This document shows positions 8,798 through 18,590 of a stretch of DNA of 64,000 nt, one piece after another. Origin of the DNA: a virus; IMG/VR virus record IMGVR_UViG_3300036981_000286, positions 1 through 64,000 of that record; one strand, written 5' to 3'. The notes under the pieces were generated by a model that saw only the letters and a list, made by a program, of their open reading frames with translations, searched no databases and was not told the DNA's origin. Made by a program: the position numbers and the translations under genes. Numbering within the stretch: position 1 is the first letter of the stretch; the number at the start of each line of letters is the position of its first letter.

Positions 8798-8891
8798 CAG
8801 CCGTCGCGCCTCTTTTCGATAAACTGTAAGTTAACGCCGGGGGATACTATGCACATTTTATAACGCAGCACTCAGCCGCAAGGAGGCGAAC

Positions 8892-9725
8892 ATGCGACGC
8901 GTCAATCTATTGCTATCTTTAATTTTGGGTATTACGTTTCTACTACCAACCCCAAGTTACTCAGGCACTCGCGACCCCAACACTCCAGACACTAAATATC
9001 TTGTTTATGGCGCAAAATTTAATTGCGTCGCTCGCGTGCAGGCTGTCTACCCCCGCAAAACTGGCCGCACAACGGCTTTTGCGTCTGCTGTACTTATACG
9101 GCCTAATTGGGCAATCACAGCCGCGCACGTGCTACATGAGTCTAACGAAGCTGCGCTAATGCTTGACGACGGCCGTACGGTGCCGGTTGCAAAGCAGATT
9201 ATTCACGCAGACTACACACCAGAGCCGCAGATTTTGGGCCTGCACGACATAGCGCTGTGTTATATTGCCGATGATATGAAATTAGCGTTTTATCCAGAGC
9301 TCTATAAAGACTTTGACGAGCAAGACCAGATTTGCAGCTTAGCCGGCTATGGCTCAAACGGCACATTCTTGACGGGCCCAAACGCCGATGACGAAAAACG
9401 CCGCGCTGGAAGCAATAAAGTAGAGCTTGCCCGCGGACCTGCGCTTATTCTTACGCCTAGCCAGCAAAACCGAACTGAGCTTGAGTACTTAATTTGCTCA
9501 GGAGACTCAGGCGGCGGGCTTTTTCTTGGTAACAAATTAGCCGGTATTCACTCGTTTGTCATGTGTGAGATCGGAAAAAAACCTGACAGCCGGTATCATA
9601 CAGAATCCGGCCATACGCGCGTGAGCCTGTACTACGACTGGATTAACGCGCAAATCGAGCTGCATGAGCTCACCATTCAAAGCCGGTTAACGCTGAGTCC
9701 TACCCTCCCCACACTAGAAAAATAG
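8892..9725 (+). CDS. Secreted trypsin-like (S1) serine protease
   Basis: Signal peptide; triad motifs TAAHV, HDIAL, GDSGGG. Confidence 0.9.
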   Translation: MRRVNLLLSLILGITFLLPTPSYSGTRDPNTPDTKYLVYGAKFNCVARVQAVYPRKTGRTTAFASAVLIRPNWAITAAHVLHESNEAALMLDDGRTVPVAKQIIHADYTPEPQILGLHDIALCYIADDMKLAFYPELYKDFDEQDQICSLAGYGSNGTFLTGPNADDEKRRAGSNKVELARGPALILTPSQQNRTELEYLICSGDSGGGLFLGNKLAGIHSFVMCEIGKKPDSRYHTESGHTRVSLYYDWINAQIELHELTIQSRLTLSPTLPTLEK

Positions 9726-9729
9726 ACTT

Positions 9730-9978
9730 ATGGAAAGCCTTGCCTTATTAGTTGTATGGTTATTTATTCTCACCCACCTGTGCGGCCCGTTGGCGCTGGT
9801 TTTATCATTTAGCACGTATTGGCTGAATTTATGGCTAGCGGTACTTATTGGCTGTTTAGCTGTTTTTTTAGGCGTGCACTGGTTTACCGGGGTTTACACG
9901 TGGCCGCGCTATCTTGGGTTAATTTCGGCTGGATTTGGTATATTTGCAGTTTACAAGGCAATAAAGAAACTGTTTTAG
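9730..9978 (+). CDS. Small multi-pass membrane protein
   Basis: Three hydrophobic helices. Confidence 0.65.
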   Translation: MESLALLVVWLFILTHLCGPLALVLSFSTYWLNLWLAVLIGCLAVFLGVHWFTGVYTWPRYLGLISAGFGIFAVYKAIKKLF

Positions 9979-9987
9979 GGCCGGACA

Positions 9988-10212
9988 ATGCCCGACGCAA
10001 AATCATATTTGGCCATTTGCTACCGGCCGCCGCGTGCAGATAGCGCAGGCGGTTACGTGATGATGCCGGTTGATACATGTGATCCAGATGACGTTTTTAT
10101 GCAATTAGAGTCGCGTTTTGGCGGAGAACTGTGGTCGTGGCCAATTATTGTTAAAAATGGCGGCACACACCCCGAAGCTGTAAATCACAGTACAGAAAAC
10201 AAATTAACGTAA
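9988..10212 (+). CDS. Hypothetical protein
   Basis: Fills the gap between neighbours with tight spacing. Confidence 0.55.
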   Translation: MPDAKSYLAICYRPPRADSAGGYVMMPVDTCDPDDVFMQLESRFGGELWSWPIIVKNGGTHPEAVNHSTENKLT

Positions 10213-10213
10213 C

Positions 10214-13198
10214 ATGCCAGCGCCAGCTCACACAGCGGTTATCATTCGCGGCAACCCGAAGTTTATTACGGGCAACCCGGCTGCAGACAAATTCTATGCC
10301 GAGCTGCAAAAACACATGGAACAGCAAGGCTACTCTGTTACTCAAGATGCAGGCGAGCCGAAGACCTCGCCGCCAGCCGCAAATGTGTGGCTGGGACATA
10401 GTCGTGGTGTAGACCGCTTTCGCTTTGCGCCAGAAGGCACGCGCACTATTGGATTAGGGGCGCCAGACGGCATTAATCACCCAGACGACACCGCCATGGC
10501 CCCCGGTGACGTGCCAACTTCTGCGCATTACAAACTGACGCCAGAGATGCTCAAAGCTCTTTCGGCGCAGCTACAGCAAAAGCAAGCCACTGACACCGCG
10601 GCCAAGTTCCAGCCTGATTACACCCCCGAACAACTCGAAGCTCTGGGCGTGTATGACTCGCTGTATAGGGGCCAAGGGCCAAGGTTAGCCAGTCTGGGCG
10701 AATGGAAGCCTGAATGGGTCTCTGAGCACGACCCAAAGGGCTGGGCGCAGTGGTACAAGCGGTATTCGTCTGGCCGGCGGATTCCCGAGGAAGACACCCG
10801 GCAGATTAAGCGTTGGCTGAGTTTTAAAGCGCGCCATGGGAAGCCATTTGCTAAAAACCCGACTCCAAGGCGCGGCTGGGCGTTACGTAACTGGGGTATC
10901 GACCCTGCGAAACTGGTCACTAACGAGCCGCAAAATGGTGCAGTAGACGAAATGCTTGATACCTACAAAACAAAAGCCATGCAGAAGTATGTGGCAGAGA
11001 AAGTGGCTGACCTGCTGCCTGAAGTTAACCTTCAGCCGCATCAAGAGCGCATTCAAGATGCCGTAGACGACGAAAACCCGCGGATGATTGTGTATCACGG
11101 GTTAGGCTCTGGAAAGTCACTCTCGGCCCTTGCTGCTGCTGAGGCCGCTAAAAAGAAATACCAAGACGACTACGGTATCGTGGCCCCGGCAAGTTTGCGG
11201 GGGAACTTCCAGAAAGAAGTCGAGAAATTCACGACCGGCTCAAGCCCCGAGATCTTGAGCTATACAGCGCTCGGCATGGGCAAGAAGTTTAAGGGCGCTC
11301 CGCAGACGCTCATTATGGACGAAGCGCACAGGCTTAGAAATCCCGGGGGCTCTGCGGCTCAAGCTGCTCGCGACGCTGCTGATCAGGCCAAGCGCGTCTT
11401 ACTGCTGACCGGCTCGCCCATCACGAACTCGCCGACCGACCTTGCTAACCTTATTTCGATTGTTGCGCGAAAGAATATTTCCCCGCAAGAGTTTGAGAAG
11501 AAGTTTATTGGTTACAAGACTGTTCACCCGGGTTTGTTTAATTTTCTTGGCGGCGTAAAACCCGGCGTAAAGCCTGTTATTAAAAACGAAGCGGAGTTGC
11601 GCAGCTTGCTTGAGGGTCGCGTTGATTACCAAGCCAGCAAAACTCCCGAAGGCGTGAACGTCAACGAAGAAAAGATTGAAGTCCCGATGTCTGGTTCGCA
11701 GCAGAAGATCCAGAAAGCGCTGCGTACAAAGATTCCGCCGGGTTTTCTTTGGAAACTAGACCGCGAATTTCCGCTTAGCAAAGACGAGTTGTCAAAGCTC
11801 AATAGCTTTTTAACTGGCTTGCGGCAGAACTCCGTGAGCACTCGGCCATTTCGTCAAGATAACGACGCGTTTAAGTCATTCCAGCAGTCTGGAAAGCTTC
11901 AAAACGCCTATTCCAAGTTACAGGAAATGCTTGACTCTGATCCGCGCAAAAAAGCGATTATTTACTCAAATCATATTGGCGCAGGTGTAGAGCCTTATGC
12001 CGCAGCGCTAGATAAATTCAATGTGCCGTACGGCGTGTTTCACGGCGGCGTCCCAATGAAAGCGCGACAGAAGGCACTTTCGGATTACAACGCCGGCAAG
12101 CTTCGCGCGCTGTTAATTGGCCCTGCTGGCGCTGAGGGCTTGTCCACAAAGGGCACGAACTTGATTCAGCTTCTTGACCCGCACTGGCATGAAAGTCGGA
12201 CACAGCAGGCGCGTGGCCGTGGCTTGCGCTTTGACAGCCATGACGATTTACCGGAAGAGCTCAAGGACGTGCGTGTGCAGCGGTTTATCTCAAAGTCAGA
12301 AGAGCCGAGCTGGTTGGGCAAGTTAATGGGCCATCGCCGCGAACGCACAGGAGACGAAATCTTGGAAAGACTATCTAACGAAAAAGAAAAGCTCAACGAA
12401 CGTTTCCGAGAGTTGCTCCGCGAAATGGGCACTAAAAAGACAGCTGCGTTTGATTTTGGCAAACGCTCTGCGGGTAATGAAGCATTAGCTGCGCTTACCA
12501 GCATGAATCTTTCACTGCCCCCAGACCCCGAAGATTTAGACATCGACGACGAGTGTTTTTCAGATACCGCAGAGGGCAAAAATCAAAAAGAAGCCGGCGG
12601 AACGCCGGCTTGGCAGCGCTCAGAGGGCAAGAACGAAGAGGGCGGGCTCAATGAAAAGGGCCGGAAAAGTTACGAGCGCGCGACCGGTGGAAATTTAAAA
12701 GCGCCTGTCACAGAAAGCAAACCGACCGGCGAACGAGCAGATCGGCAGAATTCGTTTTGTTCCCGCATGTGCGGCATGAAGCGGGTGAACACCGGCGCAA
12801 GTACCGCTAACGATCCTGATTCGCGTATTAACAAATCACTACGCAAATGGCGATGCAAGTGCAGCGCGGAACTTATGGAGTTTGGTAAGCAGGCTGGTTT
12901 TCGATGGTATAAGCGTTTTCCAGTAAACGAAAATATGGCGCTTAATTTATCGCTTGGCGGGCCGAGCCTTACACTGAAAAAAATTATTCCCGGCACAAGC
13001 ATGACGTTTGGAAATCGCGCTCCCCGGTTATATGTCGGCACGCCGATTCCGGGGCTGGCGTATCAAAAATATCTCTCGCCAAAGAAACACAAAGTAATAG
13101 CTGAAAAAGAATTTAAAGACGAGCCAGAAGATAAGCGGACAACTTACGAAAAGCTCCGAGATTTCCTAATCGGCTCAGACCCTAACGCCGACGACTGA
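10214..13198 (+). CDS. Modular polyprotein: mini alpha/beta-hydrolase + unknown domain + SF2 (Snf2/NPH-I-like) helicase + small phage domain + DUF4236-like
   Basis: GHSRG; YHGLGSGKS, DEAH, TGSP, QARGRGLRFDSH; TPAWQRSEGKNEEGGLN; GFRWYKRF...LNLSLGGPSLT; modules separated by KQA/KVA/KTA/KEA. Confidence 0.85.
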   Translation: MPAPAHTAVIIRGNPKFITGNPAADKFYAELQKHMEQQGYSVTQDAGEPKTSPPAANVWLGHSRGVDRFRFAPEGTRTIGLGAPDGINHPDDTAMAPGDVPTSAHYKLTPEMLKALSAQLQQKQATDTAAKFQPDYTPEQLEALGVYDSLYRGQGPRLASLGEWKPEWVSEHDPKGWAQWYKRYSSGRRIPEEDTRQIKRWLSFKARHGKPFAKNPTPRRGWALRNWGIDPAKLVTNEPQNGAVDEMLDTYKTKAMQKYVAEKVADLLPEVNLQPHQERIQDAVDDENPRMIVYHGLGSGKSLSALAAAEAAKKKYQDDYGIVAPASLRGNFQKEVEKFTTGSSPEILSYTALGMGKKFKGAPQTLIMDEAHRLRNPGGSAAQAARDAADQAKRVLLLTGSPITNSPTDLANLISIVARKNISPQEFEKKFIGYKTVHPGLFNFLGGVKPGVKPVIKNEAELRSLLEGRVDYQASKTPEGVNVNEEKIEVPMSGSQQKIQKALRTKIPPGFLWKLDREFPLSKDELSKLNSFLTGLRQNSVSTRPFRQDNDAFKSFQQSGKLQNAYSKLQEMLDSDPRKKAIIYSNHIGAGVEPYAAALDKFNVPYGVFHGGVPMKARQKALSDYNAGKLRALLIGPAGAEGLSTKGTNLIQLLDPHWHESRTQQARGRGLRFDSHDDLPEELKDVRVQRFISKSEEPSWLGKLMGHRRERTGDEILERLSNEKEKLNERFRELLREMGTKKTAAFDFGKRSAGNEALAALTSMNLSLPPDPEDLDIDDECFSDTAEGKNQKEAGGTPAWQRSEGKNEEGGLNEKGRKSYERATGGNLKAPVTESKPTGERADRQNSFCSRMCGMKRVNTGASTANDPDSRINKSLRKWRCKCSAELMEFGKQAGFRWYKRFPVNENMALNLSLGGPSLTLKKIIPGTSMTFGNRAPRLYVGTPIPGLAYQKYLSPKKHKVIAEKEFKDEPEDKRTTYEKLRDFLIGSDPNADD

Positions 13199-13292
13199 GA
13201 AGGAGGCCGTTTCAGTAAAATAGCTCTACCCCCAAAGTACATACTGTGCGACACTGACTAACCGCAAAGACTGCGGGATAAGGAGCCAAGGA

Positions 13293-13640
13293 ATGGCCAA
13301 TTTCAAGACTTATAGAAACCTGATTAAGGCGCTTCGGGCGGCGGTACCTGCCGCATACCCCATATCAGTTCGCCGCGTAAAATTAAATAAAAAACTTGAG
13401 GGTCGCTGCTGGAAACACGGTAAAAAATTTCTTATTCAAATTGACACCTCGCTGGACGAAGCCCGCGCCATGGATGTGTTAGTTCATGAGTGGGCACACG
13501 CGCGAGCGTGGAACCACATGCTCGACGCCGCACCCACCGACGAGCTGTTCAATAAGCTTGCGCATGACCCGGCGTGGGGCGTTGCATACAGCGAGGTGTA
13601 CTCGGCGTACGAACGTAGTTTTATGCAGTCTGTACTATGA
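13293..13640 (+). CDS. Small HExxH zinc-metalloprotease-like protein
   Basis: VLVHEWAH plus downstream H(DPAW), SprT-like layout. Confidence 0.65.
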   Translation: MANFKTYRNLIKALRAAVPAAYPISVRRVKLNKKLEGRCWKHGKKFLIQIDTSLDEARAMDVLVHEWAHARAWNHMLDAAPTDELFNKLAHDPAWGVAYSEVYSAYERSFMQSVL

Positions 13641-13885
13641 AAGACTTTGACCCGCAGACTGCGTTTACTATTTTTTGCGTGTACGTTGTAATTGATGTAC
13701 TCTACGCATGGTATATTATTGCTGTAAACAACCGGCAGCCGGTCGTTGCGGCAATGATGACGTCGGGGATTTACACGTTGGCCGCGCTTGGCGTTATGAC
13801 GTACTCAAGAAACCCAGTTTATATCTTACCGCTAGCCGCCGGCGCATTTCTTGGAACGTATCTTGTGGTCAAATTTAAAAAATGA
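13637..13885 (+). CDS. Small membrane protein
   Basis: Three hydrophobic segments; ATGA overlap with upstream gene. Confidence 0.7.
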   Translation: MKDFDPQTAFTIFCVYVVIDVLYAWYIIAVNNRQPVVAAMMTSGIYTLAALGVMTYSRNPVYILPLAAGAFLGTYLVVKFKK

Positions 13886-14037
13886 CAAAACCGCTCACGG
13901 CCGAACAGCTTTTAAAGTACGGCCGGTGTTGCGGACACAAATGTAAAAACTGCCCGTACACTCCCAAGTACAAAGCTGGAAGCACTGAGGTGATAGCATG
14001 CAGCAGCTCGTCACAGGACGCGAAGACATCGGGCTAA
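13882..14037 (+). CDS. Small Cys-rich protein (DUF5522-like), absent from ORF track
   Basis: MTKPLTAEQLLKYGRCCGHKCKNCPY...; ATGA overlap with upstream stop. Confidence 0.65.
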   Translation: MTKPLTAEQLLKYGRCCGHKCKNCPYTPKYKAGSTEVIACSSSSQDAKTSG

Positions 14038-14528
14038 GCCTCTACGCAGATTTTATTACGGTAGAAGAAGAAGCTGCGCTTATCGCTACGCTCAACAACA
14101 CCGAGCGCAAAAAGCAATTAAAGACTTCCGGCCGCTCGAGCGTTCAACGCTTTGGCTCGAACATTCCGTACAATTCGTTTATGCAGGCTAAGTACGTTCC
14201 TGACTACTTGGACAATTACTCAGAGCGGCTACTGGCGCATAATTTACTGCTCACCAAGCCTGACTCTGTTTCAATTAACGAATACGAGCGCGGGCAGACT
14301 ATCCAGCCGCACGTTGACAGTAAAAACTCTGGCGCCATAATTACGGTACTGAGCCTCGAGTCTGCCGCAATTATGCGGTTTGACCGAGAAAAGCTTACGT
14401 TTGACGTGGAGCTCCCAAAAAGAAGTTTAGTTCAGATGCGCGGCGAAATTCGCGATATTTGGCTTCACTCTATTTTGCCGGTCCCGGGGCATCGATATTC
14501 CGTGGTTTTTCGCTGTACCGGAAAGTGA
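13998..14528 (+). CDS. AlkB-like 2OG-Fe(II) dioxygenase
   Basis: NEY...I.PHVD, WLHSI, RYSVVFR (HxD...H...RxxxxxR). Confidence 0.85.
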   Translation: MQQLVTGREDIGLSLYADFITVEEEAALIATLNNTERKKQLKTSGRSSVQRFGSNIPYNSFMQAKYVPDYLDNYSERLLAHNLLLTKPDSVSINEYERGQTIQPHVDSKNSGAIITVLSLESAAIMRFDREKLTFDVELPKRSLVQMRGEIRDIWLHSILPVPGHRYSVVFRCTGK

Positions 14529-14535
14529 GTTTGTT

Positions 14536-14643
14536 ATGTGCCCGCTGTGTTGCGTAAAAGCTATTGAAATTAGGGGCAAATTAATCTGCCCAAAATGCCA
14601 TATGATTTTAGAGACCTGCTGTGAAGGCGGGCGTTGCGGTTAG
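14536..14643 (+). CDS. 35-aa zinc-ribbon microprotein, absent from ORF track
   Basis: MCPLCCVKAIEIRGKLICPKCHMILETCCEGGRCG; two CxxC motifs plus CC. Confidence 0.55.
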   Translation: MCPLCCVKAIEIRGKLICPKCHMILETCCEGGRCG

Positions 14644-14694
14644 CTTTGCAAATAGCTAGAATTAAACCAGTTACCGACCAATTGGAGTATTATC

Positions 14695-15162
14695 ATGAGT
14701 GCTAAAGACGTACAAGTTTTACGCCGGTTTACGCAAAAGATTGCCGCAGGCGAAAGCATGCTTCCTGACTTTTCGGCTCTGTCGCAGTATATGACGCCGG
14801 AAGTTCTGGGCGCCGCTGGCGGCGCTGCTGCTGGCGGTCTTGGCGCGATGGGGATCCAGAAGCTCATGCGCTCAAAGGAAGACGAAGAGCGCGGCGAAGG
14901 TTCCTATATGCCGGCTATTCTTGGCGCGCTTGCTGGCGGCGCTGGCGGCTACGCTGCTGGCCCAGAACTGGCAAAGCTTTTAGCCGCAAAGCCGGCACAA
15001 TCGGCAGAAGTTAAGCTAAATCCGTATACAGATTTAAACCCAAAAGCGCCGCAAAGCTTTAGGCCTATTGACTCGTTTAAGCCAAAAAAGAGCAACCCTG
15101 TTGAAGAGCTTGGCGACGCTGGCGCGCTTGACGGCAAATCAAAAATGCCCGGCCAAGTCTGA
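14695..15162 (+). CDS. Glycine-zipper putative virion protein
   Basis: QKIAA junction; paired GAxxGxxxG helices. Confidence 0.7.
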   Translation: MSAKDVQVLRRFTQKIAAGESMLPDFSALSQYMTPEVLGAAGGAAAGGLGAMGIQKLMRSKEDEERGEGSYMPAILGALAGGAGGYAAGPELAKLLAAKPAQSAEVKLNPYTDLNPKAPQSFRPIDSFKPKKSNPVEELGDAGALDGKSKMPGQV

Positions 15163-15186
15163 CGCGTTTAAACTAGCGCTGACACA

Positions 15187-15226
15187 ACGAAAACCGCAGA
15201 AGCAAAACTTCTGCTGTTTTGCGTTG
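15187..15226 (+). terminator. Probable terminator hairpin
   Basis: gcagaag-caaaa-cttctgc stem followed by T-rich tract. Confidence 0.5.
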
Positions 15227-15309
15227 TTTGCTATTTTCTAAATTGCCGTTTTGTGCTGTAATACGCCTCGTACGTCATTTTCTGTATACTTGTACTGAGG
15301 AGCCATATC

Positions 15310-15726
15310 GTGGGCGCCAACCAAAAACGGTTTGTAGTTAACGCTGAGCAACGCGTATACGTTGAAAAGAAGTGGGGCTACGAGGATTGGATTTGGAACG
15401 GGCGCTATTGCGGCAAAAAGCTGTTTATTGAAAAAAGCAAAGAGTGCAGCTTTCACTACCACAAAGTTAAAGACGAGGTGATGTATCTAGAGCGCGGCAA
15501 AGTGCTTCTAACCTACGGATGGGACGAAGACGTAAACGCCGCCGCACAGTTGATACTGATGCCTGATATGGCCTTCCATATTCCGCCGGGAATGTGGCAC
15601 AAGTTTCATGGGCTTGAAGAATCGATGATGTTTGAGTTCAGCACGCACCACAGCGACAAGGACGTCGTTCGTGCTGGCCAGCCAGACAAGGATGTACCAA
15701 ATGCCGCAGAAGAAATTAGCGACTGA
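15310..15726 (+). CDS. Cupin (sugar-isomerase-type) protein
   Basis: KKWGYEDWI, SFHYHKVKDE, HIPPGMWHKF. Confidence 0.8.
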   Translation: MGANQKRFVVNAEQRVYVEKKWGYEDWIWNGRYCGKKLFIEKSKECSFHYHKVKDEVMYLERGKVLLTYGWDEDVNAAAQLILMPDMAFHIPPGMWHKFHGLEESMMFEFSTHHSDKDVVRAGQPDKDVPNAAEEISD

Positions 15727-18550
15727 GATTCTGCACCGCGAATACGCAAAAGCTTTAGTTAATTTGGCGCTGGCCCGCGCGGATAAACTAGACACTGTAA
15801 AACAAGCTGCTAATGCCTGGGGCGCGCTTGGAACTCTTGCGGGAAACGCAGTTACAGCTTTCAGAGGCGCAGCAAAGCCTGCGGCTAAAGCTGTAACTCC
15901 AGTTGTTGATGCAGCTGCAACAGCCGCAAAGCCAGCAGCAAAGGCCGTAGCCCCAGTTGTTGACGCCGCCGCAACAACGGCTAAACCATCTTTTAATTTA
16001 CCGGGCGCGCCTCTGAGTTCGCCTAAGCAGCTCGCGGCGCTCCGTGCGGCGCAGGCGCAGGCGAGGGCAACCGGCGACTCAACACCGGTTAATAAGATGC
16101 TGTACAACTCCACAAACGCGCAGGCACCGGCGCCAAAGATAGCGCCAACTCCTGCACCGGCGCCAAAGCCCGGACCAGCTCCAGCCCCCGCGCCGACACC
16201 AGCTCCAGCCCCCAAACCAGCGCCTGCGCCAGCCCCTGCGCCCGCTCCGGCCGCGGGCGGCGTGCCAGCGCCTTCGGCGCCTGTGCCTGCCCCTGCCCCT
16301 GCCGCTGCGGGCGGAAATCCGGCTAAAGCTATTTTTGATCGATGGAAGCGTTTAACCGGACTGGGTGGCCGTTACGCATATCCGGTTGCCGTAGGTAATG
16401 GTGCATTGTATCAAGGCGCACAACGAGTTGAAGAAAATACAGGCATACCTTTAACGACAAATCCAATTATTAGCGGCTTAGCGTTTCCGTTTTCGACTGC
16501 GGGAGTCGCTCTCGGCAATCTAGCGGTTGGCACTGCTGACCGTGTGGTTCCGCCCCCGTCGGCGTCTGCACCTCCCCCCGCATCTCCGATTGCGGACAAA
16601 GAGCGGCTGCCTTATGCCGCTGGTGGCGCAGGCGGCGTAGCTGCAACAGGTGCCGGTACCGTGGCTCCAGTTGCGGATAAGCCGACAAGCCAATTTGAAA
16701 CGTTCTTAGCCAATAATAACATTAGTTCGATGGATGATGTTGCAAAACTTAGCCCTGAGCTGCAAGCGCAGTTTAATACGCTAGCAGTTGACGCTGTTGG
16801 CGCTAATCCGAAACCGGAAGCGCCTCCGCCTGCGCCTCCCGCCGCGGCTCCGATTGCGGACAAAGAGCGGTTGCCTTATGCCGCGGGCGGTGCGGGCGGT
16901 GTAGCTGCTACAGGTGCTGGCACCGCGGCGCCAGTTGCTGATAAACCGCAACTTACGCCAGAGCAGCAAACTGCCGCGGCTACTGACCTGCAGGCAAAGC
17001 TTAAAACTACAACGGACCCGAAAGCGCGCGAGACGCTTATTACTGATTACGCTAGCACGTTAAACCTTGACGCGCCGACGCAAACAGCAGCAGCCGCGTT
17101 TGCAAGAGGCGAAAAGACGCCAGAGGCGCAAGCGTTTGAAAAAGAATACATGCAGCCTGCGCTCGGTAATTTTGTTAACGACGCCACAGGCGGGTCCGGC
17201 GCCAACAGTCCCCGCGAGTTTGGGCAAATTACTCAGATGTGGGAAGGTTTAGGCACTGCTGGGCAGATGGCTTTTGCCATTGGCGTACCGTTAGCGCTTC
17301 TCGGTGTGTTAGGCGGCAGCGGAGCCGGTATGTTACTGGGCGCCCTCGGTATTGGCGCGGCTGGCTTGGCCGCTGCTTCAAGCGGCTTGTTCGGCGAGAC
17401 TGCGCAAAATACTGTTGCTGGCGCAACTGACGCCGCCGCATCTGCAGCCGGTATTTCAACAAAAGCACCAGAACAGGTTCCGTTTGAATACACACCGGAA
17501 AACGCCAGTCAGATTTTAAATCAATTGTCTGGTACTGATACCGGTATGTTTGCCAATCTGGGCGCAGGCTCACAAAACTCGTTGCGGTCATTTGCTACGG
17601 CAAATAAACCCGCTTTGGAAAACATGCTTGCACGACCCGCGGAAGAGCTCGCCGGACTCGTCACAAATTTAGCGCCCGAAGCGCAAACAAACTTAGCTGA
17701 AAGATTGCAACTTATGCGCAGTAGACTACCAGATAATCCAAAAACGCCAGACGTAAACGAAACGCAACAAGGGCAGCAGAAAATTGACGCGGTGCTCGCC
17801 GCAATAAAGACAAGCATGTTTAACGAAAAATTAGCTGCTATTTTGGTTATGCGCAAAGCCGCCCGTTGCTGGGCCGGTTACGAACCAGTGCCGGGCAAGA
17901 AGCCCTACAGCAACGACTCATGCCGCCCGATTGGCGGTAAGAAAAAGAATAAAAAGACTGAGAAAAAAGCAGTACAGGCCGCGTGCCCTGGTGGTGTGTG
18001 CCCGCGGCCGCGAGCTGCCCCGCAACAACCAGCGCAGCCGCAGTATAGTACAATCCCGTTTGACCGCGCTTATGCGGAAGCGGCGTTTAAACATCACGGA
18101 ATACCCTATAACGCAGAAGCTACAGATCAGCAGCTGTACAACAAATTCACCCACCTAGGCAAAATACCGCCCAATAAACCCCCGAACAAATTTCAAGAAA
18201 TGGTTGGCGTGCATCACGGCCGCCTCCCTCCGCCGCCACTGCAGCCGACCGTTGCGCGTCCTAGGGTGATTCCGTCCACCGATATCGCTCCGCCAGCTGT
18301 AACGCCAGCGCCAGCGCCGTCTCCGTTTAAGGCAGCGCCCCGCCCTCAAAGCCCGCCAACGAGCGCTGCCCCGGCCGCGCCTGCCGAAAAGCCCATTCAT
18401 ATGCGGAACCCTGCCACGCTAGACGCGGCCGGCATGGATGCTTGGTGGGCCCACCAGTTCAAACAGCAGGCGATGGCTAACGCAGCTCGTCGGCCGCCGC
18501 CGGTAACCGCTGCGCCCGCAAAACCAGCGACGCCACCGAAAGTGCGGTAA
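15701..18550 (+). CDS. Large Pro/Ala-rich modular putative virion protein
   Basis: Likely start 15701 (track 15632); KQAANAWG junction, PA repeats, duplicated 33-aa block, Gly-zipper, RCWAGYEPVPGKKPYS..SC motif. Confidence 0.75.
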   Translation: MPQKKLATEILHREYAKALVNLALARADKLDTVKQAANAWGALGTLAGNAVTAFRGAAKPAAKAVTPVVDAAATAAKPAAKAVAPVVDAAATTAKPSFNLPGAPLSSPKQLAALRAAQAQARATGDSTPVNKMLYNSTNAQAPAPKIAPTPAPAPKPGPAPAPAPTPAPAPKPAPAPAPAPAPAAGGVPAPSAPVPAPAPAAAGGNPAKAIFDRWKRLTGLGGRYAYPVAVGNGALYQGAQRVEENTGIPLTTNPIISGLAFPFSTAGVALGNLAVGTADRVVPPPSASAPPPASPIADKERLPYAAGGAGGVAATGAGTVAPVADKPTSQFETFLANNNISSMDDVAKLSPELQAQFNTLAVDAVGANPKPEAPPPAPPAAAPIADKERLPYAAGGAGGVAATGAGTAAPVADKPQLTPEQQTAAATDLQAKLKTTTDPKARETLITDYASTLNLDAPTQTAAAAFARGEKTPEAQAFEKEYMQPALGNFVNDATGGSGANSPREFGQITQMWEGLGTAGQMAFAIGVPLALLGVLGGSGAGMLLGALGIGAAGLAAASSGLFGETAQNTVAGATDAAASAAGISTKAPEQVPFEYTPENASQILNQLSGTDTGMFANLGAGSQNSLRSFATANKPALENMLARPAEELAGLVTNLAPEAQTNLAERLQLMRSRLPDNPKTPDVNETQQGQQKIDAVLAAIKTSMFNEKLAAILVMRKAARCWAGYEPVPGKKPYSNDSCRPIGGKKKNKKTEKKAVQAACPGGVCPRPRAAPQQPAQPQYSTIPFDRAYAEAAFKHHGIPYNAEATDQQLYNKFTHLGKIPPNKPPNKFQEMVGVHHGRLPPPPLQPTVARPRVIPSTDIAPPAVTPAPAPSPFKAAPRPQSPPTSAAPAAPAEKPIHMRNPATLDAAGMDAWWAHQFKQQAMANAARRPPPVTAAPAKPATPPKVR
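16586..16948 (+). repeat. Internal duplication (PIADKERLPYAAGGAGGVAATGAGTxAPVADKP x2)
   Basis: Copies near 16586-16684 and 16850-16948. Confidence 0.85.
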
Positions 18551-18590
18551 TGTATCGCGCAATAGCTAATACTTAAAACAAGGACGTTTT

